Shown here one piece after another: positions 26,748 to 40,716 of a stretch of DNA of 64,000 nucleotides. The notes below the pieces were generated by a model, which was not told where the DNA came from, searched no databases, and saw only the letters and a program-made list of their open reading frames with translations. This DNA is from Amoebidium appalachense. Its lineage: Eukaryota; Protista; Ichthyosporea. Location of the stretch: the NCBI GenBank assembly GCA_963693365.1, contig CAVNZM010000001.1:2186907-2250906 (forward strand), in the 5' to 3' direction. Numbering within the stretch: the first letter of the stretch is position 1; each line of letters opens with the position of its first letter. Made by a program: the position numbers and the translations under genes.

Positions 26748-28206
26748 AGTGGTGTGTGTGTTACCACGTGTTTTTTACAAAAAAATGAAGTGAGTGTGAT
26801 ATTTGAACGTGCAACCGTACACAAGATTCAGATTCGCGAAAGTTCAAGTGATGTGATTGATCAACAACTTGTCAGAGTCGTCTTTTCGAAGGGTACTATA
26901 GGCTCATAATTATTTTTTTTCTTTTGACTGGTTTTATTCGACGGAAAGATATGCAAGTATGCACGGCATACTGACAAGACAATAAAAACTTCACGAGTTA
27001 TCCGGTAACAAGTGCATACTGAGATACCTGAACTCACAATAATTAGTATTTGAGAGGGGGCTACAGGGGGGTCCCAGCCCAAACACCTCCATTCCAACCC
27101 GTTTAGTTTTCGGGCTGGTCTGGTCAGCCCTAACCCAAACGTTTTTCGGGCTGGTCCGGGCTGACCAGACCAGACCGCCCCAGCTCTGCCCGGGATCCGG
27201 ATGACGAAAGTAGCTAGGCGATCTCCAATCACGTTGGAGTTTGATTTTGCGCGTATTACCGCCGGAAAGCCTGTAGATCACTGTGATTCGGTAATAGCAG
27301 CCACAATAGCCATATATAGCTATAGTGGCTCACGCAAACGGTAAGAGCAACCTGTGATTATTAGCCCATCCTGATTGGTCATCAAAAAGGATTGCACAAA
27401 CTGGCAATCGCGAAGAAGTGGGCACTCAGAGCTGGCACTCAGGGTTTCTCAGAGAATCTTAGAGTAATTCTGGTATCATTTTTTGATATTTGTTTTCTAG
27501 AGCTGAATATAGTAATTTACATTAACACGGCATGGCACACGTGATAAAATTATGGCCCACATGTCAGTAGATGGTGGCGAAATGTGTTCCATCCATGTCC
27601 TGCACCGAGTGGCCTGTGCATGGGATGGTTATCACGATGGTGCATCACGACTCACATTACGGCTCTTCATGGGTGCGACTGGTAGTGCACGTACTGCCTC
27701 TGTTACATCGTGGTACGTTATGGCATGGTACATGTGTTGCATTGCAGCACGTGTGTCTCATTGCGGTCTATGTGTGTGGGCTGCATATGGTTTGCATCAC
27801 GAGGAGGTGGGTGCATTGGGAAAGTGTGCGGGGTTTGGGGTGTAAGTTGCGATTAAAGAAAGAGAGATGTAGAAGGAAAAGGTGTTCTTGGCGTTTCAAG
27901 CTGTGGCCCTTGCATGTGAACATGTAGGGGTGCTTGCATCGTTCGTTAGCTGGGTGTGAGTGGATGGGTGGGTGCATGCGTGGAGGGGGGAGGAGGAGAG
28001 GGAGGGGGAGGATGGGGTGGGGGGGTGGGTGGGTGGGGGGGGGGGGTAGCTATCCCCCCTTTCTGCTTGTGTGTGTGGCGTTTGTGTGTGTGCATTGTAT
28101 GCCGTGTATGTGTGTCTCTGTGTGTGCGTGCTTGTGTGCATGTGTGTGTGTGTGTGTGTCCCACGCGCGCTTGTGTGTGTGTGTGTGTATGTGCATGTGT
28201 ATGTGG

Positions 28207-28267
<61 letters not shown>

Positions 28268-28703
28268 TGTGTGTGTGTGTGTCTGTGTGTGTCTGTGTGT
28301 GTCTGTGTGTGTGTTTGCGTGTGCGTGCGTGCGCGGAGCGCGTTTTCTACATGAAGTAAAGGGGGGATGGAAGAGAGAAAGGATTTTGACGGAAAGAGAT
28401 GGGTTATGGGCTGCTTACCTTTTGCTTATCTTTTCGACCCAAATACCTATCCATCCACACATTTCTTTTCTTCTCCTCCTCTCCTCCCCCCCCCCCCCCC
28501 CCCCAGCCACACACACATGTACTTACATACATACACACACGTGCGCTCACATGCATTCACACAAACAGACAGAGAGACAAACAAACAAACACTCACACGC
28601 AAACATGTGTATGCACCCGTGCACACACACACAACACACATGCACAAACACACACACACACCGTCACACACACACACACAGACACACACACACACACATA
28701 CCA

Positions 28704-28765
<62 letters not shown>

Positions 28766-29187
28766 ACAACGTAGGCAACGAGTGGTGTATCTACCCCACC
28801 TATGACTTCACACACTGCCTATGTGAGCTTGCTCCTGACGTTTTTTCTCCCTCTGAGCTTCTTTTACTCGTTCCCCCCCTCCCCCCATTCCCCTCTTTTT
28901 TCAAGTTTCTTTTTTGGCTTCAAGAGTCTATTGTGTGGATATTTTTGTTGTTTTTTGTTTTCTTGCTTTTTTTCCCTTGATAAGGTTGGTGTATAGGTGT
29001 GTACGAGTTGATGAGTGAGAGAGTAAGTGAATGTGTGTATGTGCACTCTACGCGTGTGTGTGCGTTGTGGCGGTGGTGATGGTATGAGCCCGAGCGTGTC
29101 TTCATAATTCATGTTCTTAGTCGACAAGGGGTCACTGAGGGTCTCTCTCCCTCTCACTTCGCCCCCCTCTCTCTCTCCCTCTGTCGT

Positions 29188-29323
<136 letters not shown>

Positions 29324-29710
29324 GGTGGGTGGGTGGGTGGGTGGGTGGGTGTGGGTGGGTGGGTGGGTGGGTGGGTGGGTGGGTGGGTGGGTGGGTGTGT
29401 GCGTGTGTGTGTGTGTGTGTGGGTGTGGGTGTGATTGTGCTGTGTGTGTGTGCGTGTTTATGTGTGTGTGTGTATGTGTACGTGCGTGCACGCGTGTATG
29501 CGTGTATGCGCGCACACACGCGTGTGTGCTTGTGTGTGTGTATGTATGCCCCTACACCTCTTAGGCATTCCATTGTCCTGCACACTCTTGCCTTCGCCCA
29601 TCCAACACCCCAATTCTCCCTCCCTCTCCCTCTTCCTGCACGCACTCCCCTATGCTTTTTAGCTCCTTGCTGTGTGCTATAACATCAATAACCATTTTCT
29701 TGTCCCCCCC

Positions 29711-29742
<32 letters not shown>

Positions 29743-30813
29743 ATCATTGCCATAATGCCTCCTGGTCAGGTGATGCCTGACCAACTGACCAATCAACGTG
29801 CAGGTGGTGGCCAGCACTCTAGTCGACAAAGAGTGAACGGCTGCTAGTCTGGAGACAAATCCAGTTCGGTAACCCCCCCCCCCCCCCCCCCTTGTCTCAC
29901 CCCTTTCCCAACGAGCCCCGATCCGAGCCTTTTGCGGCCGATATCAATATCGAAGCTGCTTTTCATCTTATTCAATGATGCGATTGGGTTATTGCAGCCG
30001 GACCTTGAGAAAACCACTTCATGTATATATGATTTTTCAGGAGTGCTAGCTGAGACAGAGAGCCTGCTCGTACTCGTCTGTTTTTGTTTCGGGCATTTTA
30101 CCTCCCTTTCCGCAGAGGGGCATACAAGGTTTTTTTAACCGTGGCGATTCGAATAATAGCGAATTACGGCCCAGGCGAAATATATATCAGGGTAGAGCCA
30201 CCCATACTGCTCCACATACACCACCCATTCTGCTGCACATACAGGCATGGAAATGGGAGTATAATTGCTCAAGGTTACCGATGACTCACCGTAGTGTGAA
30301 TGTGGTTACCGTTATGGATGTACGTGTAGTAGTTGCTAATGGTTGAATGAGGTACATGGTCCAATGAAAGTAACTCTACAATAAACTGAGACGGTGCAAG
30401 AACACAGAAAGGCAAACATTGCCAACAAAAGGCCCTGTGAGCAATGTTGTCCACCCACCCCTCTCCCCCCATCCCCCTTGGCAAACCGTTGGCCACACAC
30501 ATGCGCACTCGCATGCACAGGTGCACACGTAGGAACACACACACACAACATCCACACATACACCAACGTGGACAGACATGCATACGCATAGCATTTATAC
30601 ACATGCAAGTACATGCACACACACAGAGAGAGAGACACGCACACACACACACACATACACACGACACATACACACACACACACACACACATGTGCACGCA
30701 CCACACACTCGCACAGACTCGCACACATGCACCTGCATGTCACACACACAGACTCTATGATATGATGTGCATTCAGACACACAGACACAGGCACACACAC
30801 GTCACACACACAC

Positions 30814-30868
<55 letters not shown>

Positions 30869-32844
30869 TACGTACATGTACACACATGTTCACGCATGCA
30901 GGTACACATGCATACACACACACACATACACATGCACAAACGCACGCACACACACGCACGCACGCACGCTCACGCACACACCGTACATAAGCACACACAC
31001 ACACATGTTTTAGCCCCCCTTTCTTTCTCCGTCATACTCCCCCCCCAAAGGGCTCTTTTCCTTTTTGTCCCAAACGGTTCAATCCACGTAAGAATGGGGG
31101 TGAATGGATGTGGTATCGATAATATTTAGGAAGCCGGGGGGGTTGGAGGGTTGGGGTGTTTTGGTGGTGGTGGGGAGAGGGGAAGGGAGGGGGGGGGGGA
31201 GGGGGGGGAGGGGGGGAAGGTGAGGAAGCAGTCGTGATCTTCTAAAAAGTCACCTCTTCAGGACTCAGAGCAGCGGATTTGGTGGAGGCGGTGGTGTTGG
31301 GTGGGTGGTAGTGCCGTGAGTATGGGATGGTGGGTGAGGCAGGGGGGGTGGTGTGTGTGTGTGTGTGCTTTTGGGTGTTTTGATGGGGGGGGGGGGGGGA
31401 GGGAGGGGGGGGGGGGGGGGGGGAAGCTGACCGGGGGCAGAAGCATGTGTGGCTGAGGGCAGAGTCTGCCATGCATGTGTGTGTGCGTGTTTCTCTGTGG
31501 TTTGTGTGTGTTTGTTGAGGGGGGGGGGGGGGCGGGGGGGGGGGGGGCTGGAAGTTTTTTACGTATGCGATTTTGTGTGTGTGTGGGTGTGTAGGGGGGG
31601 GGGGGGGGAGGTAGCAGGGGGTGTTAAGTGGGTGTGTGTGTGGGGGGGGGGGGGGGGGGGGGGGGGGGGGAGGAAGGGAGGAGGGGTGCAGGTGTAAAGG
31701 GGACGAGTGAGGAGGCTTCATGCATGACAGTACCGACTAAATTAGCTACACCCATATCGTTGCCATAAAAGAGCTCCCCCCTTCTGTCGACGTCCCCCAA
31801 GCACCCCTTCTTTTTTTGGTGGTTGCCTTAGGGCGGAAGGGAGCATGCAGTGGGAGGATCAAGGTACACATACGGTGATATACCCCCGGGGGAAAGGGGG
31901 GCGGGGGGAGGAGGGGGGGGGGGGGGGGTGAGGGGAGGGAGGGGGGGGAGGGGGGGGGGAGGAGGGGAATAAATTTCACGCCTCAATTTTTGCTTTTAGC
32001 TTCTCGTGGAGAAAAGGGAAAGTGATGTTGGTGGTCAGGGGAATTTTATTTTTTTTCTTCTTCTTTCTTTCTTTCTTTTGCGGGGGGAGGGGGGTGGGTG
32101 ATACAGGGGGAGGGGGGGGGGGGGGGGGGAGGGGGGGGGGAAGTAGGGAGAAGGAGAGCCGGGAGGGGGGGGGGGGGGGGAGGGGAGTGTGGGGGGGAAG
32201 GGGGGGGGGGGGGGTGGGTTTCTTTTTGCGAAATCCGATCATTTCGCTTTCTTTTTTTTGGGAGGGGATGCGAGGGGGGGGAGGGGGGGAGAGGGGCGGA
32301 GGAGGCCTGGGGGAGGGGGGCGGGGTGGGGGGGGCGGAAGCGGGCGGGGGAGGCCTTGGGGGGGGGGGGGTGGGGGGAGGGGAGGGGGGGGAGGGGAGGG
32401 GAGGGAGGGAGGGGGGGGGGAGGAGAGGGGGGGGGGGGGGGGATCGGATTCCGAGAAAAGAGGCAGGAGTATGCATTTGACGGGCATAGCGAAGTTAAGG
32501 GTGTCTGTGTGTGTGGTACGTACACGCGTGTGTGCGAGTGGAATGTGTGTTTGTGTGTGTGTTTGTGTGTGTGTGACCTACTACAGTGACTATGCCCGTG
32601 TGCGCGTGTGCCAGTGTGTTGCCACGTGTGTGTGTGTGCGTGTGCGTTCCGTGCGCTCGTGTGTGTGTGTGTGTGTATCGTGGAGGGGCCTTCAGCAGGG
32701 GGGGGGGAAGTGGGAAGGGCGCACATATTTCAGCATGATATTGTGTACATGTGCAGAGCATGACAGATATGGGCACGCGTACGCCAGAAAAATAATTGTT
32801 CGTGCTTTATTAGAGGCAGCTTAGAATACGTAAACAAAAAAACG

Positions 32845-32881
<37 letters not shown>

Positions 32882-32886
<5 letters not shown>

Positions 32887-33296
32887 AACCACATTGGCTG
32901 AGTCAACTTGCTCCGAGCAGAAATAATCTGCAAGAAGCAGAATTTTTCCGCAAAAAGAATTCTGCTAAAAGCAGAATCATTCTGCAAACAGCAGAATCAA
33001 TCTGCCAAAAGCAGAACTAATCCGCCAAAAACAGAATTATCCTGCTAAAAGCAGAATTATCCTGCTAGAAGCAGAATTATTCGATCTGCTGTCGAAAGCA
33101 GAAATTCTTCTTTTTGCGGAATAATTCTGCTATTTAAAAGTATAATAATTCTGCTAAAAGCAGAGTGATTCTGCGTTTGCGGAATAATTCTGCTATTCGC
33201 ATAATAATTTCTCTTTTTGCAGAATGATTCCGTTTATGCAGTCTGATAATAATTCTGCTTTTTGCAAGTTGACTCTGCCGACGTGGTTGGGCCCTG
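32882..33296. mobile_element. MITE with ~30-bp TIRs and internal AGCAGAAT repeats
   Basis: GGGCCAACCACATTGGCTGAGTCAACTTGC ... GCAAGTTGACTCTGCCGACGTGGTTGGGCCC; sister copy at 59948-60382. Confidence 0.8.
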
Positions 33297-33446
33297 GGAG
33301 GGGGGTATCGAGGGGGCAACTAAAAGCTATTCATGTTGTTTTCCTTCTTGGAAACGTTTGCACGGTATGTACTTCGAATTTCAAAAGAATTTCGAAAATC
33401 CTGATAAATGATCATCCCCAGGCCGTCCATGCGCCTGACATAGCAC

Positions 33447-33525
33447 GGAGGGGATATACCGAGCAAACCCCCTCACAGCTGAGACTGGTCTCTCTGTGCC
33501 TCGAGTAAACACCAGCGTAACCCTC
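33447..33525 (+). mobile_element. Old, diverged 3'-terminal fragment of LINE family B
   Basis: gaggggatataccgagcaaacccc...ctgagactgg..ctct.tgcctcgagtaaaca.cagcgtaaccc aligns to the reverse complement of 34368-34450. Confidence 0.75.
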
Positions 33526-34367
33526 TAAACACCGTGTGTGTGTGCACATGTGTGTGTGCGAACATGTGTGGTGTGTCTTCTAAATGCCTGTTTCTGTGAC
33601 TCACCGTGACACCAGCCTGTAGGCCTAGCCAATGTATCTTCTAACACATTTGTGCATCACTTTGTTGTTCGATCACTAGAAGCCAATCAACATACCACAT
33701 GCAAGCTAGCCATGTGCTCAGCAGCCAATCACAACGCACCTTTGCACATGTATGCAGACTGATGCAGGGTTACAAATAATCCCACCACGTGGAAAACCTT
33801 ATTTTGGATCATATCCAGGACCAGGGTGCTGCTATGTACTACTGATATACATCGATGCTGAGAACCTCTCTGTGTATGATAGCTTATGTGTGTATATAAT
33901 GACAATGGATAAACAGGTGCCTCGTATGGAAGCCTAGCTGCAACCTCTCTCTCCGGGCTGCACGCCCGTCACCGGGAACTAGGCCGAAATGATTATCGTC
34001 ATGAATCAACTACATATAGTGTACCGATCACTGTCCGCGCAGTGGTATTGTGTTTTGGACTCAGCTTGTCATGCATAAAAAACAAAACACACGAGACCTT
34101 CATGAAAACTGGAACAGTCCAACTGAGTGAACAAAACATTTCCTGCTTCTGTTGACTGGCGTACAAACTTGTGGTGTTTTGTTTGTTTTGAAAAGAAAAA
34201 GCCCCCAGGGTGTGGGCCCCATGGGTGACAGCCTCAGGGCCGTGGGCAACAGCACGTGAGTCGATGATCATGTGCAACTTGGGTAGTAGATTCAACGGCA
34301 AAAACTTAGGAACTTCGTTTCGTGTACACTTCGAGCGCCACCGTGCGCGCACAGGCCACGTTGGTCT

Positions 34368-34563
34368 GGGGGTTTACGCTGTTTACTCGAGGCAAAGAGA
34401 ACCAGTCTCAGGTATGGGGGGGGGGGGTTTGCTCGGAATATCCCCTCAGCGGTATATCATGATCACGTACATAGATGTCGGGTGGTGACTATATATCAGG
34501 GTTTACTTTCTCTACGAGACACCATAAAGACTACAAGGAGAAATCAATTAGTTGGGGTTCCCC

Positions 34564-34602
<39 letters not shown>

Positions 34603-34634
34603 GGGCTCCCCTCGGGACACTCGGTATCAGCTGG

Positions 34635-34689
<55 letters not shown>

Positions 34690-35251
34690 TGTGTGTGTGT
34701 GCGCGTGCGCTATAATTTTGTAGTGATGTGTTTCTCAAGCCAATCAATACATCTAATAAACAGGTCGTAGTTACGCGTGTTTAGTATAAAATCAAGGATG
34801 TTGTAATTTACAGGTAGGCTATCTTTCTGGGTGTCTGTTGTGAATGTGACGTGTGTGTGTTGCGGTATTATGTGGTCTATCAAACTACATTTGGCGATAC
34901 ATGACCGGTTAAACTGGTGTGTGTGTGTGTTGTTTGGGCATGCAAATGATGCCACCTTATACTTATTAGATCTCCACTGTATAGCACGTGTACAGTAAAA
35001 GCGTGGTAATTGATCAATAATACCATCAGCTAGAGAAAGACCAGTTCTACAGGAAGGTAATATGTATTTAGGTGTTATACACTTGCGAGTGCCATATTTG
35101 GCAATATGGTTGAGGCGGTCAGTATATATAAAACGAGACATAAGGCTTAGTTTTTCAAGGTGTATGCTTTCATCGGGTCTAGTGTCGTGTGGTATCTTTT
35201 TCCATTTGTTATATTGCGTGATTATCTTGTGATTGTGTACATGTTTAATAA
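34368..35251 (-). mobile_element. 5'-truncated LINE family B copy
   Basis: Near-identical to 35501-36419; own TSD GTTGGTCT at 34360-34367 and 35252-35259. Confidence 0.9.
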
Positions 35252-35500
35252 GTTGGTCTCTTCTGGAATATGATTGGTTCGTCAAACAGCGTTCGAATAC
35301 GTGCGCAGGAAACGAGCTGTAGAGCATAATCACTGGGAATTCAATATGTAAAATGAGAGAAAATAAATCAGTTACCTAAAGTTTTTATAAAGATTCTACC
35401 GAAGTCAAAATTTTGTCAAAGTTTTGAGAGATTTGGCATACATGTGTATTTTGTTTACCAATCAGGTGATGATAACATCCAAAGTGAGCAAGCTATTTGG

Positions 35501-35694
35501 GGGGGTTTACGCTGTTTACTCGAGGCAAAGAGAACCAGTCTCAGGTATGGGGGGGGTTTTGCTCGGAATATCCCCTCAGCGGTATATCATGATCACGTAC
35601 ATAGATGTCGGGTGGTGACTATATATCAGGGTTTACTTTCTCTACGAGACACCATAAAGACTACAAGGAGAAATCAATTAGTTGGGGTTCCCCG

Positions 35695-35728
<34 letters not shown>

Positions 35729-35796
35729 TTTTTAATTTTTTTAATTTTAATTTTAATTTTTTAAAGGGGCTTCCCTCGGGACACTCGGTATCAGCT

Positions 35797-35862
<66 letters not shown>

Positions 35863-38154
35863 TGTGTGTGTGTGCGCTATAATTTTGTAGTGATGTGTTT
35901 CTCAAGCCAATCAATACATCTAATAAACAGGTCGTAGTTACAGGTGTTTAGTATAAAATCAAGGATGTTGTAATTTACAGGTAGGCTATCTTTCTGGGTG
36001 TCTGTTGTGAATGTGACGTGTGTGTGTTGCGGTATTATGTGGTCTATCAAACTACATTTGGCGATACATGACCGGTTAAACTGGTGTGTGTGTGTGTTGT
36101 TTGGGCATGCAAATGATGCCACCTTATACTTATTAGATCTCCACTGTATAGCACGTGTACAGTAAAAGCGTGGTAATTGATCAATAATACCATCAGCTAG
36201 AGAAAGACCAGTTCTACAGGAAGGTAATATGTATTTAGGTGTTATACACTTGCGAGTGCCATATTTGGCAATATGGTTGAGGCGGTCAGTATATATAAAA
36301 CGAGACATAAGGCTTAGTTTTTCAAGGTGTATGCTTTCATCGGGTCTAGTGTCGTGTGGTATCTTTTTCCATTTGTTATATTGCGTGATTATCTTGTGAT
36401 TGTGTACATGTTTAATAAGTAAGTGGCAGTCCAAAGTCACACACACACTATTGCGGGGTTTATTTGTATTTGTGCCCAGGGGAGAAGGGGAGAGAGAGGG
36501 GAGGAAAGAGGGGGGAGGTGAGGAGGGGACAGGTCGGATAGAGAAGAGAGGGTGGGAGGGCAAATACTTCTTTAAGCGGCTTATGTGCTTATTGAATTTC
36601 AGCGCGAGATAGGATACTCTAGCAGCTATTGGGACCAGACCATATATCGAGAGCGTTACAGGCCCAGGTTTACAACAGTTGTTAGATAGAAAGGAGGCAA
36701 CTTCTGCTTCAAGGAAATTTGCCAAGGGTTTAAGCGCTCTAGTTCTCTCTTTCTTGATCCAAGCGGCGAGAAGGGGTAAACCATATTCACATGCCGGGAA
36801 GACAAAAGTGCGAATAAATGTAAGTCTAATTGTAGAAGGATGGAGGGGTGTGTCTTTAAAAATATTAGCCGAGAAGAAAGCTAACCGCTTACGAGCCAAC
36901 TCTACCCTCTTTTCGACCATATGGGGAAACATAACACCAACAGAATCAACCGGAACACCAAGATATTTGTATTCTGGAACTATAGGTACAGGTTTAGATG
37001 ATAATGTAAATGTGTGTAAATTGTTAGCTATATCAGGTACAAGAACACCACATTTGTCTATGTTAAGGATCATAAGGTTTGCCTTGCACCACTCTGACAC
37101 TACATCGAACAATCTTTGCAGGCGTCTAGGGGTACGGGCAAGGAGGGACAGATCATCAGCATAGAGAAGTGCAGGCGGAAAGTTATTAATAGGGTCATCG
37201 TTTTCGGCGTAAATCTTGACAGCCAAATCATCTATAAATAGGTTAAACAAAAAGGGGCTAAGCAATGAACCCTGCAAGAGACCTCTAGTACGAGCAAAAC
37301 CATATGAAAGATGCCCATTAACCACAGCTCTACCATAGGTTTGAGACAAGAGTGCTTCTAACAGAACACCAATGCAGTGTGGTACACCCCGTGCAGCAAG
37401 CTTTTCCCATAGGAGACCAGGGGAGACAGAATCGTAAGCAGTTTTCCAATCAATAAAGCCAACATATTGTGCACCAACTTGCATAGAATCGTGCAGTGCC
37501 ATTATTTGAACATAACATGAATTGTTTTTACGAAAAGCGGATTGGCATGGGTGTATGTGAAGAATAGATTGAAACCTAGGGTGGTGTGCAAATAACCTAA
37601 GTAAGCAAGCTTCAAAGAATCTACGAACAACCTGGGTTAGTGTAATGGGGCGAAAGGATGATATGGGGCCCTCAGAGTCCTTCTTAACTATGGGGATCAC
37701 TAAGGTATCTAACCAAGATGACGGGACATGTCCACATTTAACACACCAAGAAAAGAGAGAGCTTAACATGATAGTAAGATCAGGTTTAATAGCACGATCA
37801 CTTTCCTTTTGTGGGTAGGAGGGAACAAGGATTTTAAGAAACCCAGCAGGGAGTCCATCAGGTCCACAAGACTTACTAGAGCTATAACTAGATATCACAG
37901 ACCATATGGCATCGGGGCTGAAAAAGGGGAGGATCGATTCTATGGGGATAGATGGGTCTACAGGCCACACAATAGGTTTCTGAGCGGGGGTCCTATCTTT
38001 AAACAGTTCCGAGAAATACTTATCAGAGTCTATGAGGGGGTCTCCAGTGGTATCACCAATAATACGAGCAGGGGGGCCAAATCGATTCATACTAGCAAGC
38101 CGGCGCAAGCTTTCCTTTTGAGACAGGGGTTCACCTAGTCTAGCGGGAGTGGTG
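35501..38154 (-). mobile_element. 5'-truncated LINE family B copy retaining the RT domain
   Basis: KSCGPDG, FRPITL, GLLQGSLLSP, LYADD, YKYLG; ORF stop at 35877; TSD TTTGG at 35496-35500 and 38155-38159; paralogous to family A ORF2. Confidence 0.92.
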
Positions 38155-38228
38155 TTTGGTAACAAGAGAGCATCGGGATATTCCTTCCTTGTCGTCCAAT
38201 TATCGCGCTGCATCCGACAGCTCGGCTC

Positions 38229-38236
38229 TATATAAA
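38229..38236 (+). promoter_or_regulatory. Candidate TATA box of the phosphate transporter gene
   Basis: TATATAAA about 125 nt upstream of ATG 38358. Confidence 0.55.
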
Positions 38237-38357
38237 CCGCAAATCTTTCGATGGGCAATTCAGAAGTTTCGTGTTTTGCACGTGGTGTGTGCAAACAGAC
38301 AATAACTATATCGCACGGCACACACCTCCACACAGACTCTCTCGTTCCCTAGCCGCC

Positions 38358-40716
38358 ATGTCTGTAACGGTGAACAACGCCAGCCTGCCCGCTGGCGCAG
38401 GCAAGGGCGACAAGAAGGATTACTATGATGTATCAGGAGACGACTCCACCCTTGCGGCCCTTGCCGTGGCCGGGGAGGCGCAGGAGACGGGGGATTACAA
38501 CGACGGCCTCTTCAACAGGAAAATGCTGGCGCAGATCATCATTGTCGGCACCGGATTCCTTGCTGATGCGTAAGTGCCTCCCCTCTTGTTGCTGCACTGT
38601 ACGCACTTTTTGACACTTTTCGCAGTAGGAATATGAAGAATGGTGTTGCTACACTGCTCTTTTCGCACTAGGAATACGAAGAATGATCGGTGGAGAAATT
38701 GAAGCGGAGACTGCGCTGCTGCGCTGCATTTTAAATGCACATGTTTTTGCACAAACATATGTTTTTGTTTGATGGGTGGTAATACATCAGCTTCCTTTGC
38801 TGCCATGCCGTCTCCGTTCGCACTCATAATGAACATGCACTCATGCCCCAATCCCTCACCCTCCAGCTACGACCTGTTTGTGATCAACAACGTGCTCAAC
38901 ATCATGGGGGTACTCTACAAGCAAACATCCGCAGACAAGTCCGCTGTCGCATCCACTGCCCTTTGGGGTGCCGTGTGCGGGCAGCTTTTCTTCGGCAGCT
39001 TTGCCGACTACTTTGGCCGCAAAATGATCTTCATCACCACCCTCGTGCTCATTATTGTCGGGGGCATTGGCTCTGCCTGTTGCTTCCAGAGCAGTGTGTT
39101 CTCCATCTACCACCAGCTTGCACTATGGCGATTCATTTTGGGTGTTGGTGTTGGTGGGGAGTATCCTCTTGCTGCCACCATTGCTGCCGAGGCATCTGGT
39201 CCCAGAATCCGTGGCAAGGTCATGTCTGCAGTCTTCGCCATGCAGGTACGTGCACGGTTAACACAATCATGCCCGTACCCCGTGCAGTTCATTACGGCAT
39301 CAGGTGCGCAAACACACGCTTACCCATTGAGTTCTGAAGTCTAACCAAACCCACATTTGGTACGTGTGTGCTTCCTTGGCTCTTTTCCGTTCTAGTCTTG
39401 CAACCTTTTAATCTGCCCCGTTGATTTTTATACAGTTTAGTTCACCAGCAACCTAAAGTGTTCTATTGTGCAGCGTTCGTTTTGTCGTGCATATTTGATA
39501 AGTAGTCAAATCGAATGACAAAGCCTAACCTTCTCCCTCCCACACAGGGTTTCGGTCAGCTGCTTGCCACGGGCCTTGTCAACATTCTTCTTGCCGTCGG
39601 CTGCAGCTACGAGTTCACGTGGCGGTTCTGCCTTGCCTTTGGGGCCGTCCCCCCCCTGGCCATCTTCTGGTTCCGAGCCAAGATGCACGAGACGCACGAC
39701 TTCAAGGAGGCCAAGAAGCAGCGCGTGAGCCACATGGGCAACCTGAGGGCGGCCGTCAAGGTCTGGTGGAAGTCCATGCTCGGCACGGCCTCCGCCTGGT
39801 TCCTGCTCGACATTGCCTTTTATGGCAACGGCCTGTTCAGCACCCACATCACCGCGTAAGTTGGCCCTCGGAGCTCCTCAGGCTGAGACTGATCTCTATG
39901 ACAAGATTCTTAACACAACATGCACCACTGCTTTTTCTTGCTCACCCCTTTCAAATTCAACCCTATTCCGCACCTCTGCTCGTCCATTTGTTCGCACACA
40001 TGCAAAGCCCATGGCATACACCCGCAGGCATGGGCAATACAGATGCAAGCACACACTCAATAAATCCATGATGCTCTACTGTACCCCACATCACTTACAT
40101 GGATCCCCCAGTTCCCACACTTACTAACCCCCTTTTCTCCCTCTCCAGTGCCATGGGCCTGGGCTCGTCTGTGCAGGACAAGGCGCTCAACTCCCTGTAC
40201 GTGGTGCTGATGGCCATCCCGGGCTACTGGGTGACCGTGGCCCTTCTGGACAAGCTGGGCCGCTGGAACATCCAGATGATGGGCTTTGTCGTGCTGACGG
40301 TCCTGTACGTCATCCTGGCCGCCGCCTTCGACCCCCTCCAGAAAGTGCCGGCGCTGTTCATCATTCTCTACGGCCTGACGTACTTCTTCAGCAACTTCGG
40401 GCCCAACTCGACCACATATGTCATCCCCGGGGAGTACTTCCCCACGCAGGTCAAGTCCACCTGCCACGGCTTTGCCGCAGCCTCGGGCAAGGTCGGTGCC
40501 GGCATTGCCGGCTATGCCTTCCCCCCCCTCCTAGCGGCCACCAACGTGAAGGTGGTGCCCTATGTGTGTGCCGGGGTGATGGCCCTTGGGGTCGTGAGCA
40601 ACATCTGGGTGCCTAACTACAAGTCGGAGGACCTGGAGGGAATTAAGGCCGAGCAGCTGGCTGTGTTTGAGAGGAATCTGGCCAAGCAGGAGGATAGGGA
40701 GAAAAACAGGCAATAG
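38358..40716 (+). CDS. PHO84: MFS inorganic phosphate:H+ symporter (PHO84/PHT1 family); exons 38358-38569, 38867-39245, 39548-39855, 40149-40716
   Basis: GTGFLADAYDLFVI, ADYFGRK, LGVGVGGEYPLAATI, VFAMQGFG, WFLLDIAFYG, GRWNIQMMGF, NFGPNSTTY..P.E.FPT; GT-AG introns keep the frame. Confidence 0.93.

Larger units (their letters stand above)
22300..26990 (-). mobile_element. Near full-length non-LTR retrotransposon (LINE family A; ORF1 plus APE-RT ORF2); 5' end approximate
   Basis: ORF1 (26747-25576, frameshifted) and ORF2 (25579-22415); 3' end ...GTGTGTAAACCCC at 22300. Confidence 0.9.

Noticed and set aside
27055-27215. Short repeats (TTTTCGGGCTGGTC x2) and a GGGGCTACAGGGG motif shared with ~4147
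   Set aside because: Possibly a transposon end, but I found no matching TIR or TSD to support a call.
34368-36419. Tandem segmental duplication or LTR pair
   Set aside because: Each copy has its own TSD and truncation point, so they are independent LINE insertions.
38155-38333. N-terminal extension of the 818-aa RT ORF
   Set aside because: It lies outside the TSD, in PHO84 promoter sequence; chance read-through of a 5'-truncated LINE.
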